From contig SMSO01000037.1 of the NCBI GenBank assembly GCA_004764695.1, forward strand, positions 844,747-908,746: DNA of 64,000 nucleotides, in the 5' to 3' direction. The position numbers were made by a program, and so were the translations under genes. Of the stretch, positions 24,701-33,600 are shown in pieces. The number at the start of each line of letters is the position of its first letter. Positions within the stretch are counted from its first letter, which is position 1. The notes under the pieces were generated by a model, which saw only the letters and a program-made list of their open reading frames with translations, ran no database searches and was not told the DNA's origin. The DNA comes from Schizochytrium sp. TIO01. Lineage: Eukaryota > Protista > Bigyra: Labyrinthulomycetes.

Positions 24701-27637
24701 GGAAGATAATGCTGTCTCATTCTTGACGCTGCTACCGCGTGGAAGCTCGTTGGATATTGAAAACGAATTTTGAAACTTATCTTCCGTGTTTGATCCGAGA
24801 ATCATGTCAAGACTTCCATCATCGATTTCCGGGCACAGCGACAGAATGCGCAGAGCCGATTGCGCAACAGAAGATTGAATCTGCTTAGCGTCTGCACTTA
24901 GACTAATTTTCCCTGCTGAGTAGAAGAACACAACGCACGCGAGACATGTCATGAAGAAATGAGCAACTCCATCATTTTGAAGAGCCGTAACTAAATCAGA
25001 TGCGGTATCAATGGACTCAGACAATGCGATCATTTCTTTGGACAAAAGACTCATGAACAGCTCCAACAGGCGAGACGAAGATGAATCCTTGTGCTCAGCT
25101 TCGGCTTTGGCATTTTTCAACTCTGATGACTCTTTTTGGGCCACAACCTCATCCGATTCGCCCGTCTTCTTCTTTCCCCGCTTCTCCTTCTTTTCCTTTG
25201 CTTTAGAACCAGACATGGCAGACTCCCGACGAATAAAGTCTGCAGCGAGTCTACCAATCATTAATAATGGAAGGAGGTCATGAAGGCTACTGGATGGGCC
25301 AGCCGCATCAAGAGCCTGCTCCATTACTTCTTGCGTAAACTGAACTGCAAAAGCCCCAACACGAGCAAGATCAAATTTTCCTGTTGCAACTAACTGCTCA
25401 CGAGTGCGGGCTGCAGAGAGCACTGCATCGACATCATTAAGAGGAAGTTCAGTTGGTGCAATCTCTGCAACTTGCTCTTGTCCAGTAACGATTTCAGATG
25501 TTCTCGCAGAGCGGGTGGTTGCAACTGACCCTTTTGCGTTTGATGGTTTGTTTTCCTCCTCGATTTTGCGAAACACGAGCCTGTGATCAGGATCATGTTG
25601 TGCAGAACCTGAGAGAAAGCAATCATTGCAAAGATCAAAATCTTCACAATCCTGGCACTCATATCGACAACCAGAGACAAGAACTTTTTGACAGCCGTCA
25701 CAACGATACACAACTACATTAGAACTTGAGTTGCCAGCACCATCACCTTCATCACCCTCATCCATGTAATCTTCATTATCCGTTGGTTTCGCTTGTGCCT
25801 CTCTACCCAAGCTCGTGTTTCGAGAAGACTTTGAAGTTCCTGAGATTGATGTGGATCCATGTGCGGCTCCTTTCTCACTAATGTGCCAGAAGTTGGTTTG
25901 CACAGTTTTGAGTGCTAGGGTGACGAATTGGGCAACCGCGGCATGGCTTTGAGTGGTCATAGTAATAATGATACCAACTGACTTATGTAATTGAAAAGCG
26001 GCAGCCTCCTTATCACTCTTCTCTAATTGCCAAAATAACACAGCAGTAGCGTTGTAAAGGCATTGTATGAGTGTACATACGCTTCGCTCGAGTTTCATTA
26101 TCGAGTCATCACGAAGTTGCGGGTAGGAGCGTAACAACAAGACACCTTGATTTCTGACTGCAATCGCAAGAGGCTTAAAAACAGTTTCGAAACGATCTGC
26201 CTTTAACAACCAATCTTGAAAAGCGATACCATAGCGACGACGGGCCAGTTCGACAATGTGGCAGATCCGCATAGCCTTGGTAAGACTGGTGTTCGCCAGA
26301 GAACGATCACCTAGTTCACGTTCAAGACTTTCAAGGCACCCCACGACAAGAGACTTGGTCGCATGAGTACTGTCTAATTCTGTGATTGAACCACGTAGTA
26401 TTCCTGAGTTCCCTTCCTTACTCTCAGCTCGGAACTTTTCTAGGAGTGCAATCTCTGCAAAATGCATTGACGATAGTCCTTGTTCTTGTGACAAAAGGTG
26501 AGCCGAACACTTCTCAGAGAGTTGAGATACAAGATCCTTCCTATCGACTTCACTTACTTCTGAAGACAATTTCGGCAGGTAGATAGCAGCATCTACGCTT
26601 TGCATCCAGATAGCATGGAGTTCGCTTGTAAGGCCTGTATCAACTTGGTCAAGACTAGGCGAAGTTGACAAGATATAGCTTGTTAGATCCCAAGCGGGGC
26701 GCATAAAGTCAAACCAAAGTTGTTCCTTAGTGGACATCGCATAGGCTTCACCTGCTACAATGCTCGGAGTGGTCGTTATTTTTGAATTGTCTTTAACAGA
26801 CTCATCAGAAAAGACCACATCAATGCTTCCTGAGATCTGCGCAAAAAGAGTCTCTAAGGGGGTCAAAGGAAGGTCATACCATAGAGGTTTATCACGCTTG
26901 GAAAGGGCAACAGGTCGTTTAAAAGGACCCACATAGAAGAATTCTGTGCCTGCATTTGCATGTGAACTTCCTGAGAGCGCTTGTTTGTTGTATCGATCGT
27001 GCTTCTTCTTGACGTCCAAGACCTCGGCAGAAGCGCCACCAGAAGGGCGTTTGTGCTTGCTTGAAACTCCAGTGGAGGTTCTATTATCCTTGCTACGTTT
27101 GCTGCTTGCCACAGGGGGTGAAGGACCAAGACAGACCCTCAAAGCCACGATTGCATGATCAGGATTTGCGAATTGAGCTGTAAGAACTAGAGGCTCCTCA
27201 ATGCTCTGTTTCCGTCCAGGGCTTGTATCCTGACGTTTGTTTAGAAAAGCACCAAGACGTTGCGCACTACCTACAGATTTCAGCATCGAACCGCCCCATG
27301 AAAAGCTGGAGGTCAGAGGATGCTCGGGAGACAGAAGCACGAGTTGTTCGTAAAGAAAGGAAGTTGGAACCTGGGTGGATTCTGTTTGCGCAACAGAAAG
27401 CTTCTCTCGCACGAGAGCATCATCGGTCTTAATCGATATGTGACTCTCCAGGCTCGACCGTCTACCTCGGCTGGACCGTTTGGACAACTTACTGGATTTC
27501 GAAGACTGGACTGTCTTTTCTGTGCTTAATCCACTTTCCCTAGCGGTTGCATTGGCCACGCTCTGAAGCTTATGGGTTCCATCGACCAAAACCTTTACTT
27601 TGCTCTCCAAATTTTTTGCGGCAAGCTCGGTACACAT
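15782..27637 (-). CDS. UBR4: UBR4/BIG (p600) E3 ligase, C-terminal portion (ZZ finger, Cys-rich region, armadillo, UBL, hemiRING)
   Basis: ZZ finger (YRCDGC...YECQDCEDFDLCNDC, ~25580-25710); CPRC...CGEVVFQCRQCRRIN...FLCVDCGYCRYAKF; QEDYF; MRDLRMKI..MEFLVAGKIINIDLPIRLVYQKVW; PMEVTYRLMGIDGEATEDFVE; hemiRING CVICKEGY...FNAVHFSCH...EWEGAELRN. Confidence 0.9.
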   Translation of the reverse strand: MCTELAAKNLESKVKVLVDGTHKLQSVANATARESGLSTEKTVQSSKSSKLSKRSSRGRRSSLESHISIKTDDALVREKLSVAQTESTQVPTSFLYEQLVLLSPEHPLTSSFSWGGSMLKSVGSAQRLGAFLNKRQDTSPGRKQSIEEPLVLTAQFANPDHAIVALRVCLGPSPPVASSKRSKDNRTSTGVSSKHKRPSGGASAEVLDVKKKHDRYNKQALSGSSHANAGTEFFYVGPFKRPVALSKRDKPLWYDLPLTPLETLFAQISGSIDVVFSDESVKDNSKITTTPSIVAGEAYAMSTKEQLWFDFMRPAWDLTSYILSTSPSLDQVDTGLTSELHAIWMQSVDAAIYLPKLSSEVSEVDRKDLVSQLSEKCSAHLLSQEQGLSSMHFAEIALLEKFRAESKEGNSGILRGSITELDSTHATKSLVVGCLESLERELGDRSLANTSLTKAMRICHIVELARRRYGIAFQDWLLKADRFETVFKPLAIAVRNQGVLLLRSYPQLRDDSIMKLERSVCTLIQCLYNATAVLFWQLEKSDKEAAAFQLHKSVGIIITMTTQSHAAVAQFVTLALKTVQTNFWHISEKGAAHGSTSISGTSKSSRNTSLGREAQAKPTDNEDYMDEGDEGDGAGNSSSNVVVYRCDGCQKVLVSGCRYECQDCEDFDLCNDCFLSGSAQHDPDHRLVFRKIEEENKPSNAKGSVATTRSARTSEIVTGQEQVAEIAPTELPLNDVDAVLSAARTREQLVATGKFDLARVGAFAVQFTQEVMEQALDAAGPSSSLHDLLPLLMIGRLAADFIRRESAMSGSKAKEKKEKRGKKKTGESDEVVAQKESSELKNAKAEAEHKDSSSSRLLELFMSLLSKEMIALSESIDTASDLVTALQNDGVAHFFMTCLACVVFFYSAGKISLSADAKQIQSSVAQSALRILSLCPEIDDGSLDMILGSNTEDKFQNSFSISNELPRGSSVKNETALSSNDKVSIGDSEKQISAESAFWNPILALARMKLPEQGVYGLGKGTSLPRALLQSIAALASVCITDSVHVEENLVLHGIIPLVSHQRFSFLRDPCSSSLSVLCSKNPSLSWHRDKAIFEANMRVLRDVLRKIQPTMASDHVLRGGLMPGFLPGDASYEDMAQSTMVIQKLHISISGAIEHWQRYTAEADSFRCLFSSLSSVTSGSAVLIFEMLIRAIPSAVQTETKHSKENSSTTQRMLVRMLTLQPAFLNKLVDSFMLEHVSENVRLLAAVLWRRIYVTLKRDVAEDVKAEAWVATRDEVRATMVAHMVSRFDTLLDTGVQFGIELVHMIRIMSSRGELKEADFQPVVSRALGSKVSNLMSVLGPLVLSDEAHIRNVQLGNLVNLSCTMTSPSESETKHGDACENKRQHGQRDSQSGTRTASLMKNGTTIKINTSSLAATGRDKSATENTPSHSSPAYKISAENSLRSVALPPVASSAITLHTCNTCRAPRREFKTLALQPSRRESSFTSNSMLVRMDCMYSVNAIHVSVQTQSSVFGCGVDKVSVFCNSNPSADLAVLQSQENQWHEIATFKMGKESSFRLTARLPVPVSTFNLLFRYHTTSELEFSQSSERQTCPRCNRVVTNKNGVCTCGEVVFQCRQCRRINQEDRNAFLCVDCGYCRYAKFNYTLEARVSTDYPPIQSEVDRECANRSIASFEDTAVKLRESILEQTSSSEDDGIMWWEQQGRHLCGAVISAAPAPRPSDESSSKLAKSSTDQRRGGKSSRWVLNKFQDAEVGGQPKTASIDFLRSIGLLRDHRGLGENSTISLSRHRARGLEWSKHQGSATSSCNTSNNTNGDPNLSKALEAKRLALGDTFQNNLQSGEMLQLLELGLQDPQTLVHSSSTSKKDSSGAAKKTSFRRAKSKENKDNSDLSIVKVQSLFDRICSEPNGVSADLHRHFISAPEVYSMSSQALYQKLLTTRLALGEIRRQLALYSRRNARAMLSNSDSEVKSDRSTSLSSFRDHIYSMLSERHRQEPGAVLYTCQSCATEFMDSLFRLVASLKRSPWLFGDVPQPMRASLLRQCLNFGVASVLESCEELDETINSNQQVIEGDDVDEDEEDDEANAEGMVEIYEDDEGNRYTVHLGDDGKHLTSEISAGDNIDEHGEDGEDNNMIHVLESGNGGEEDEDEEDDDEEEGDEHDNEEVADENDEDHAMEEHQDEHDGDNGHEDISAALSAGHGINAMEILAVDSDAEEDEQFDSAVANAIWESRKKSKSSSGKEHDEVGRSGGHSDQQNPDLDMVKVKAGDKDDVKSVNGDHSGTVPLSKLLRAYGTGSLPAIQGIAHLDHDALEFTRDELQKRILVVLNHPESLNNCNWLIGLVEVLRSLCKNPDDGGSEYMLMLCHFIVETDTSSWTYAAFGRAIFAPFIRTLNLSISTEDLQGSAEIGLLRSLETKHSCVDARNIAARRVTLFVKKYHSSLSKFVVRDEAPTSLFSEAFFSGSSWKWLWTVASRSSQVCVQNAIERLLADNIICMEPMELAELYVGLSTYIMKLWTTERKTMYPANVRNVFGLLKSVMHSKSGVTLNLAAGRGFLKNICAIIRSECRQVAIFEQTMLQHPADSGVVTTGLDQAMAWVDAAADILLIAVKPTPAKRVLARFYLDDIVEAEVTLSSLRCISNVDSIQNTRNNLQLVMTMVTDEREFDKDIFAAATRLLSSNASILESMTSDPDQTHALVQRLIRLVGELAGIVEPVKQLPNLFLLMNRLRSQEDYFSSNLNSNPINIEEIPVPNDDDDNQGEGSAGGGNIRKSPQTMEGFLESVLGLDVVSGSNVLHSTNAAAGSAKAKAEPTMRDLRMKIAKDLNFTNAMDIMEFLVAGKIINIDLPIRLVYQKVWLPHLREHGGNEEHMHEADWPHSDDSDDEMGEGEEDDVGRPMEVTYRLMGIDGEATEDFVEKLEDDTDDDEDPEVRYAKTKMLQTEGLAALLSILTAACKHFSLSSKIARECVAGMVNLIGLACNCSTNRALLASPSFRGIRILLGVLRASFQEPSAGDLAEQVVVILERLVVERIDDKQSSTDAGSLGMGVPASSSTSSPVPGSEEDTVGFGRSQLLVSLEHLDDPSRQTTIRNRRALCRLLPFLTFGRREEMQILVDRFQRMVDLERVDKSLDEAVSMQDDLKTVYWSVMAMGKDKNATLLRDMALETGFTPSLVNHVVKIWSQVSEGGNASSSSSGKEKKRKKKSMRDAYVKLASTPSVLLALRLLTGLALSHEPTQQLVRQQGLLELAFEMETIPAKEVPFIGEYADAFMNAASTDNTAQQEFLAGLRDERRKAKLTRASAKRKLMMQQMLRGAVSSLSTAEPETSRKRKRDGVDSDGDGSGEVEGVTTGARAPSDAYGSRANSQQNPDEDVGAGSSNSAEGTVEPEKKKKKKEKKSKKPKKPKKSKTNSMPDWMKEMEELVNEEHPCVICKEGYTNRPSEAMGIYIFSKATDVDSNINYVNVDGNASGIVGIKEYLMSLSKQPDALSTLDMAKIQEHLPGVFSILQFKLADSSNAEDSLSDVSVTRSKGNLVSPSLGSSSRRRVIGTSSVTSFNAVHFSCHSEAVRVDLSHDKAKRSEWEGAELRNTNVKTNGLIPLRGPATISTERYNSLVEQYFEKLQRRIIPSLTSSNCPCALSIVLLDIRSLLLRLCWDESLSMDTNGGGHDSNFKLLVPLVSMAAHLLATGSSKQRTSLEDTLNEFCACYFLEASSQVVKSGKTADVGKVSDEQQEMHVEYSGSSGVTGSVPAASSPQDMSESKTLLPDFCFNTVVSLFLMEDEQWQTSRLAFLQSVATYGKDVAQGHLAAGSGVISNQRRSSLSSAFSLGQGSETSVRDATMPALRILIVVDQLRQLRGKGPNGLVETILQDEHGAIQVVSDICNLFEQNLLSAKSEEEILRAGGFSDSAVVMWNSQVFHHPVQPELLNRNSTQATSMGEDSTQVEANPTSAPASS

Positions 27638-30600
27638 TTTGCCAAAGAGCCATCTTCATACAACACGAGAAGAACAGGGTTAGCTGCGGCTATGAAGGGT
27701 AGACACGAATCATTCAAAAGGCGATCTTCAGGATCTCTTCCGTACGCATAGAGGAGGTTTTTCACCGCAGGGACTGAACCAAAAAAAGAGGCAGATTGCC
27801 CAAACCTAAAATTCTCATAGCTGGAGCTCTTTGTCCAAACAGGGGGCCATACACACATATCTACAATATTCTTGGTGCGACTTTTATCTTCTGTAGAACC
27901 ATTCTGATTCTTATCACGTGCCAGTACACGACGCCTCAAACTTTCTAGAGGAGACACATTGTGACGGGTTCTACCATCGCCGATGCTTCCTTCATTGTCT
28001 TTTGCTGACGTGTACGTATGATTTACCACTAGATCAGATACAGAGTGAACCAGCAACGAGTTTTCAGATGATGGATTTTCCGTTACGACTACAACTCCAC
28101 TTGATGATGCCTGGCCACCTCGAGTAATACCAATTGACACCCACTGTCCATCATTCTGCGATGCCTTGTAAGATGTACCAGTGTTAAACCAATCAATCCA
28201 TTGAACTGCTGGGTTGGTTCGACTGGGGCCCTCAAGGGTGACAGGGGGAGTATTTGCTATAACATTACCAGCTGCACCAATGGAAATGTATCCGACAGAA
28301 CCATCCTGTAAGACTATAGTAAGAGTGTGCGCGCCGGATGCTTGAAGAGACGCTGGCGGAACATGCATTGAAACAATAGCTTGCCTATTCCAGCTGCACT
28401 CAATGTCGGCAGGCTCAAACTCAGAACTTGGGCTCGTTTGGTTCCGTTCAGGCAATCGAAAGTCTTGGGCCTTGAGGACACGTGATTGTGTAGAGACATA
28501 AACACGAACCTGGCGTTGGTCATTCGAGGAAGGCACGAGTGAGAACGTTTCGATTTGATCTCCAAACTCAAAAAACAGTGCTGGATACGTACAGTCTGCT
28601 GCATAATCAAACACTTTCATCCACAATGTTGATACAATAATTAGAAACTCCGGATACCCTGGGACCCAGGCAACACCCAAAATCTTGCCAACAATACCAG
28701 TCTGTAGTTCTACTTGTGTAAGTCCAAGCGCCAGTTCTAGTCTAATTTTGCTTTCAACATTTCCTCCAGCAGAAAGCTTTAACACAATGCAGTGGGATTC
28801 GCCGCAAACTGCAACGACATCATCCTCAAAGGGATTGAACTCAATTTGCCGTACCACGTAATTCAATGAAATTCGGTACGGAGCAAGCGCAGAATCTGGC
28901 ACACGAATCTCACTTGGGTTTGTAGAAGGGGTACGTCCATCTTGGTTTGTTATCCCATAATGACGGCCACTGTCATCACGCGATCCACTACAAAGAAGTG
29001 CGCCAGCATGTATGCAACGAATTCCTACACCTTCAGCAACAAAGACCTGGCCACGAGAGTTGGCAGCAATCAAACGGTCATGAGGTAGCACACGATTATT
29101 TCCCTGAGTTGCAGAACGTCCAGTCATTGCGAGGATAGCTGAGTTAGGGCCACGACCAATCGGCATCCTCTGAGCAGCTGAAAACGCAGCGAGCCCAGAA
29201 GAAATATCTGAGAAGCGACGGCGGATTTTGAAACAATCAACGGTAGTGCTTACTCGTCGCTCAAAAAATCCTGAAAACTTGCTTGATGATGTCTCCATCA
29301 CCTTGTGCTTTCGATGAATCCAGTTCAACGTGCCCACAATTGCAACATCGAAGCCGGATTGGCGAATAACATAGACTAGATCCTCATAGTTGGATAGATC
29401 AACATCCACCATCAGCTCTTTGAAGCAAGAGTCCACCATATCTCGCAGTACTACACTGTCTGCTCGCGAAGTTGTTTGAGAACCAAGAGTTCCGCCTTCC
29501 GGGCTGCGCGAGGAAGATGCTGCTTTAGCCTTGTCCGCACGCACAAAGCCAACATCATTTGAGACAGCGCGGGGTTTATGAGCTGAACATGAGTTTCCTG
29601 CACCACAATCGCAGAAGAATCGGGATCGCCGGGCGTAAATAATTTTATGGCCTCGATGACAAGTACGTGCACAAACTGTACAACAGCCTTTATCATCAAC
29701 CAAATTGCATGTAATGCAATGGTACCAGTGCTGTTCCTGGTAGCTTTCTCCTGTTGTCGAATATGTACAAAGCTGGCGTGATACGGTTTTGCCCTTTTTA
29801 CGTTTCGAAGAGGCAGCCATACGATCTGCATCTCGGAAGATGCGAGCTGCTTCTTGACGACCGCGCAGACGAGCTAGGACAGCACTTAAACGTTCGCTTG
29901 GAGTTTCTCGCAAAGAACCTGCATGGTTTAGTGCCAAGTTAACTCTTTGACTCGCAAAAGACGGGCTTTGTGGATGCTGACCACTACGGCTGTAATGCAA
30001 AAGGTCGCCAGCCGAAGCAAGAGCTTGGGCGTCAACATTGGTATCCATAATAGAAGAACTATGACGTTCGCTGGATACCTTATGAGTTGAGCTACGTTGA
30101 CCTTCTAGTGAGTGGGACGAGGATGAAGCATGTGATGAAGATGATGGCTTGTTCCCTTGAGTTTGTGAAGTTGATTCTGTTGCGTCCTTCATCTCTTGGT
30201 CCTTTTCATCATTATTGACTTCGGGTAGTACTTTAAACTGCCCATTGTCAGCACTGTCAATAGCATCCCCATCATCAATTTCATGATCCTCATCAATATC
30301 GAGAACCTCAACAGGGTCTTCGTCATCTTCATCTTCATCCTCGTCTTGATCTTCACACTCACCTTCATCTTCATCTTCTTCCACTTCTTCCGCTCCTTCC
30401 GCTTCTTCATCATTATCATTATCATTATCATTATCATTATCATCTTCTTCATTATCCTCTTCTTCTTCTCCCTCCACTTCTTCCTCTCCTACGCATAGCT
30501 CTCCTCTTTCAACTGCTCGGGCTCTTGCATCAGCAATAATAGCAGCTAGACCTTCGTCTCCGTCATCGCCATCATCATCATCATCATCGTCGTCATCGTC

Positions 30601-33600
30601 GTCGTCGTCGTCATCGTCGTCATCATCTTCGTCATCGCGTGTGTATTGTCGATGATAGAAATCGCGAAGACTTGGTGAGATACGGCGTACGCGTGTGTGG
30701 CCTGATCCATAATGACGTTGCACCTGCTGGAGGTCTTCAACGTTCAAATCGATATCGCTGGTATCCATAGATTGTTGCAGAAGCTCCGATATGAAACGAT
30801 CCCGACTACTACGTACACCTGAGTTTAACTGGACGTTGGCTGGATCTGGAGAGTCCCGCCTACTGCCACCTCCAGAACGCGGGGGCAGCCCACGACGGGC
30901 AGCACGAAGATCATCAATGTGTTGCATGAGACTTGAGTTTTGGCTTATCCACTGAGAGATCCCAGGGCCGCGTCGTGAACCACGATCACCGCGCCTTCTC
31001 GGAGTTGGGCGACCTGCAGCAGCAGAACTGCCAACTTCTGCTGTTGCTGCAGCAGCAAAGTCTCGCTTGTCATTTTGCTGTGAAGAAACAACTTTATCTG
31101 GAGTGTCACGATAAGCACTTTTAGAAGTTGATTTAGCTCGTCGTGCCCCTAACGCAAGTGACTCAGAAGCTCCGCTAAGAGCAATATTCACCAGTAAAAC
31201 GCATTTCTCCAGGTCCTGGGTTGAGTCAGAAGGAAAATTGCCACATTCGACGGCTCTCAATATGCTTGAACACAATCTTACAACGTCAACACTTGGGGCG
31301 GCGGGAATAAGGATTGTGATGAGTTCCTTAAATAGGTCCACATGCTCATAAAATTTGGGCGCCACTTCCAATGCAGCTTGAGCAAATGCCGTAGCATAGA
31401 GAGGAACGTCCATGGAAGACTCCAAGTTGAACAAAGGTACCAAATTGGAAAGTGAAACTGTGAAATGAGATTGCGACTCATCCAGAAGGTCCAAGAGCAC
31501 CACGGACGCTAGGTCCATGGGTAACGCTCTTCGCGTTTGCTGAACCTGATACGACCGCTCACACAGTACATTAGCTATGGCATGCACTACATTCCACAGC
31601 TTTCGTTTTAAAGCATCTAAACTAGAGGTTAGGACTGGATACAGGCGCAAAAGCTGATACAAGACAACCTCGCCCCGGAGTGAATGCCAGGCCTGCTTTG
31701 ACTGCGAAAGAGAAGCACTAAGCGCATCAAGCATTCCATTCAAGAGATCACATACTCCTTGAGCAACAAGCGTTGCACTCTCAGGATCTGCAAAAAACTC
31801 TCGAGCTTGAGAGATAAAGAGTGCTAGATCATCCCAACGTGCATTGGAGCGAATTTCATCAACGTTATGGAAAATTCCCAGGGCATGAAAAGCAGCGTCC
31901 AAGATAGGCTCAGTAGCACCTCTCGTGAAAATCTTGCCCAGAGCCTCTTGCAATGCACTTCTTTCGGATGTATTTACCTTTTGGAGGTCCATTGATGTGA
32001 CAAGCGCAATTAGGTTCGAGAGCGAAAGTTGTGTGAAACAGAGTGCCGAATTGAAGGATGACTCCATGATCGGTAATCCGCGCAATGTCAGATCTGTAAT
32101 AAATGCTGAACAAATAGTTTTGCACTCGGTTCTTGAAGTCATTATGGTGGGGGGGAAAGGACTAGCCCAGTCCATCTCTCTTAACAGTGTTAGACGAACC
32201 ATAAGAGTATCTGGGTCACAACCCCTTATAGTGGAAAGTAGGGCACATCGCTGCGAGAATTGAAGGACATTGAGGCGAAGAACCACTTCAAAAAGATTGC
32301 GGGACGTTCCTGATACACTGTTTTCTACGTCTTTTCGTAAAGAGTCTGAGATTGAATTTTCCAGCTTGGTTTGCCAGAATAACAAAAGATGTACAACAAC
32401 GTTGCTCGCCCTCGAAAACAAGTCGTCGGGAAGATGTGGAAGAAATGAAGCGAGTAGACGCACAAAGAAGTCACTAAAGATGGATAATTCCCGGGTTGAA
32501 AGGATCGAGTTTGTGGGTATTGTGGCCGCAATGTCAATAAACGATTCAATAGAAGCACATGTGTCCTGACATAGAGATCCACGAGATCCGAAAATATCTT
32601 GAGCACCTGATGAACAAGTGCTTTGAGCCATCAGCATAAGGTTTGTCACCTCCCCATCGCTTTCGGAGCCAAAGCGATCCAGTAATACATCCGTGTTGAC
32701 GCATTGGGTTAAACTCAGTGAGCTTAAGATGCGAAGACAAGCATGCTGAAGTTGTACACATTCAGCATTTTGCCTGATCTCCTGATGTCTCGAGAGGAAC
32801 TTTTGCTGGGACATCAAAGTTTGAGCAGCCTGTTCCGCAATTCTTTCAAGAACATCAACAGGAACCACAAGAGGGTGGAGCTTTGCAACTGGCAACGGAG
32901 TGCCCAAAGTCGGCAACATTTGTTGAACCTTGAACTCAGTCACGAACATGGCGAGACGGTGGACACGATCCTGATGAGCACGTAAGTACTCAGCCCCTTG
33001 GTGAGGGGATGATAAATTCAAGCGAGGTTCGAGAATATCACAAATGAGTCCTTCTGCAAGACTGAATAACCAGGCCTGATTTGCAACATCATCTTCAGGA
33101 GCCACCTTCAGAGTTTGCTCAAGTAGAAGGATCAGCTCGGACACCACCCTGGGTACTTCACGAGCAGTCTCGCGAACAATTTGTCCATATGTCGGGGCTT
33201 GTCTCAAAGGCTGTGGTGGGCTACTAACCGGGGTGGTGATTGCAAGGCGAGACAAAGGAACAAAAAGAAGTTCTACAAGTCTCGAGCCATCAGACTCAAT
33301 GCGAGTCTTAGAGGATTCGAATATGGCCTCAAGGAGGCTTGCCTTCCACTCTGAGTATATATGAGTGTACCTGTGCGAATCTTCCAAAGATCCAATAAGG
33401 TATGCAACCAGGGTTTGGAGCTCGGTATTTGAAAGGTGGTTGCGGACCACAGTCAGATAGAGCGGGTTACCCATCAAATCTTCTTCTGAAAAAGGGGTGT
33501 GTGTTGTTGCATTTTGTAAAGGTCTGGTTTGCCTGGTCTCGCTTGATGTGTTTATATGCCCACCAGTCTGGGTAAATCCTTGTCCGTATTGATGAAGACT

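Noticed and set aside
27608-27618. Canonical -1 programmed frameshift heptamer in UBR4
   Set aside because: The X_XXY_YYZ patterns are phased in the downstream ORF, not the upstream one, so a canonical signal is not supported.
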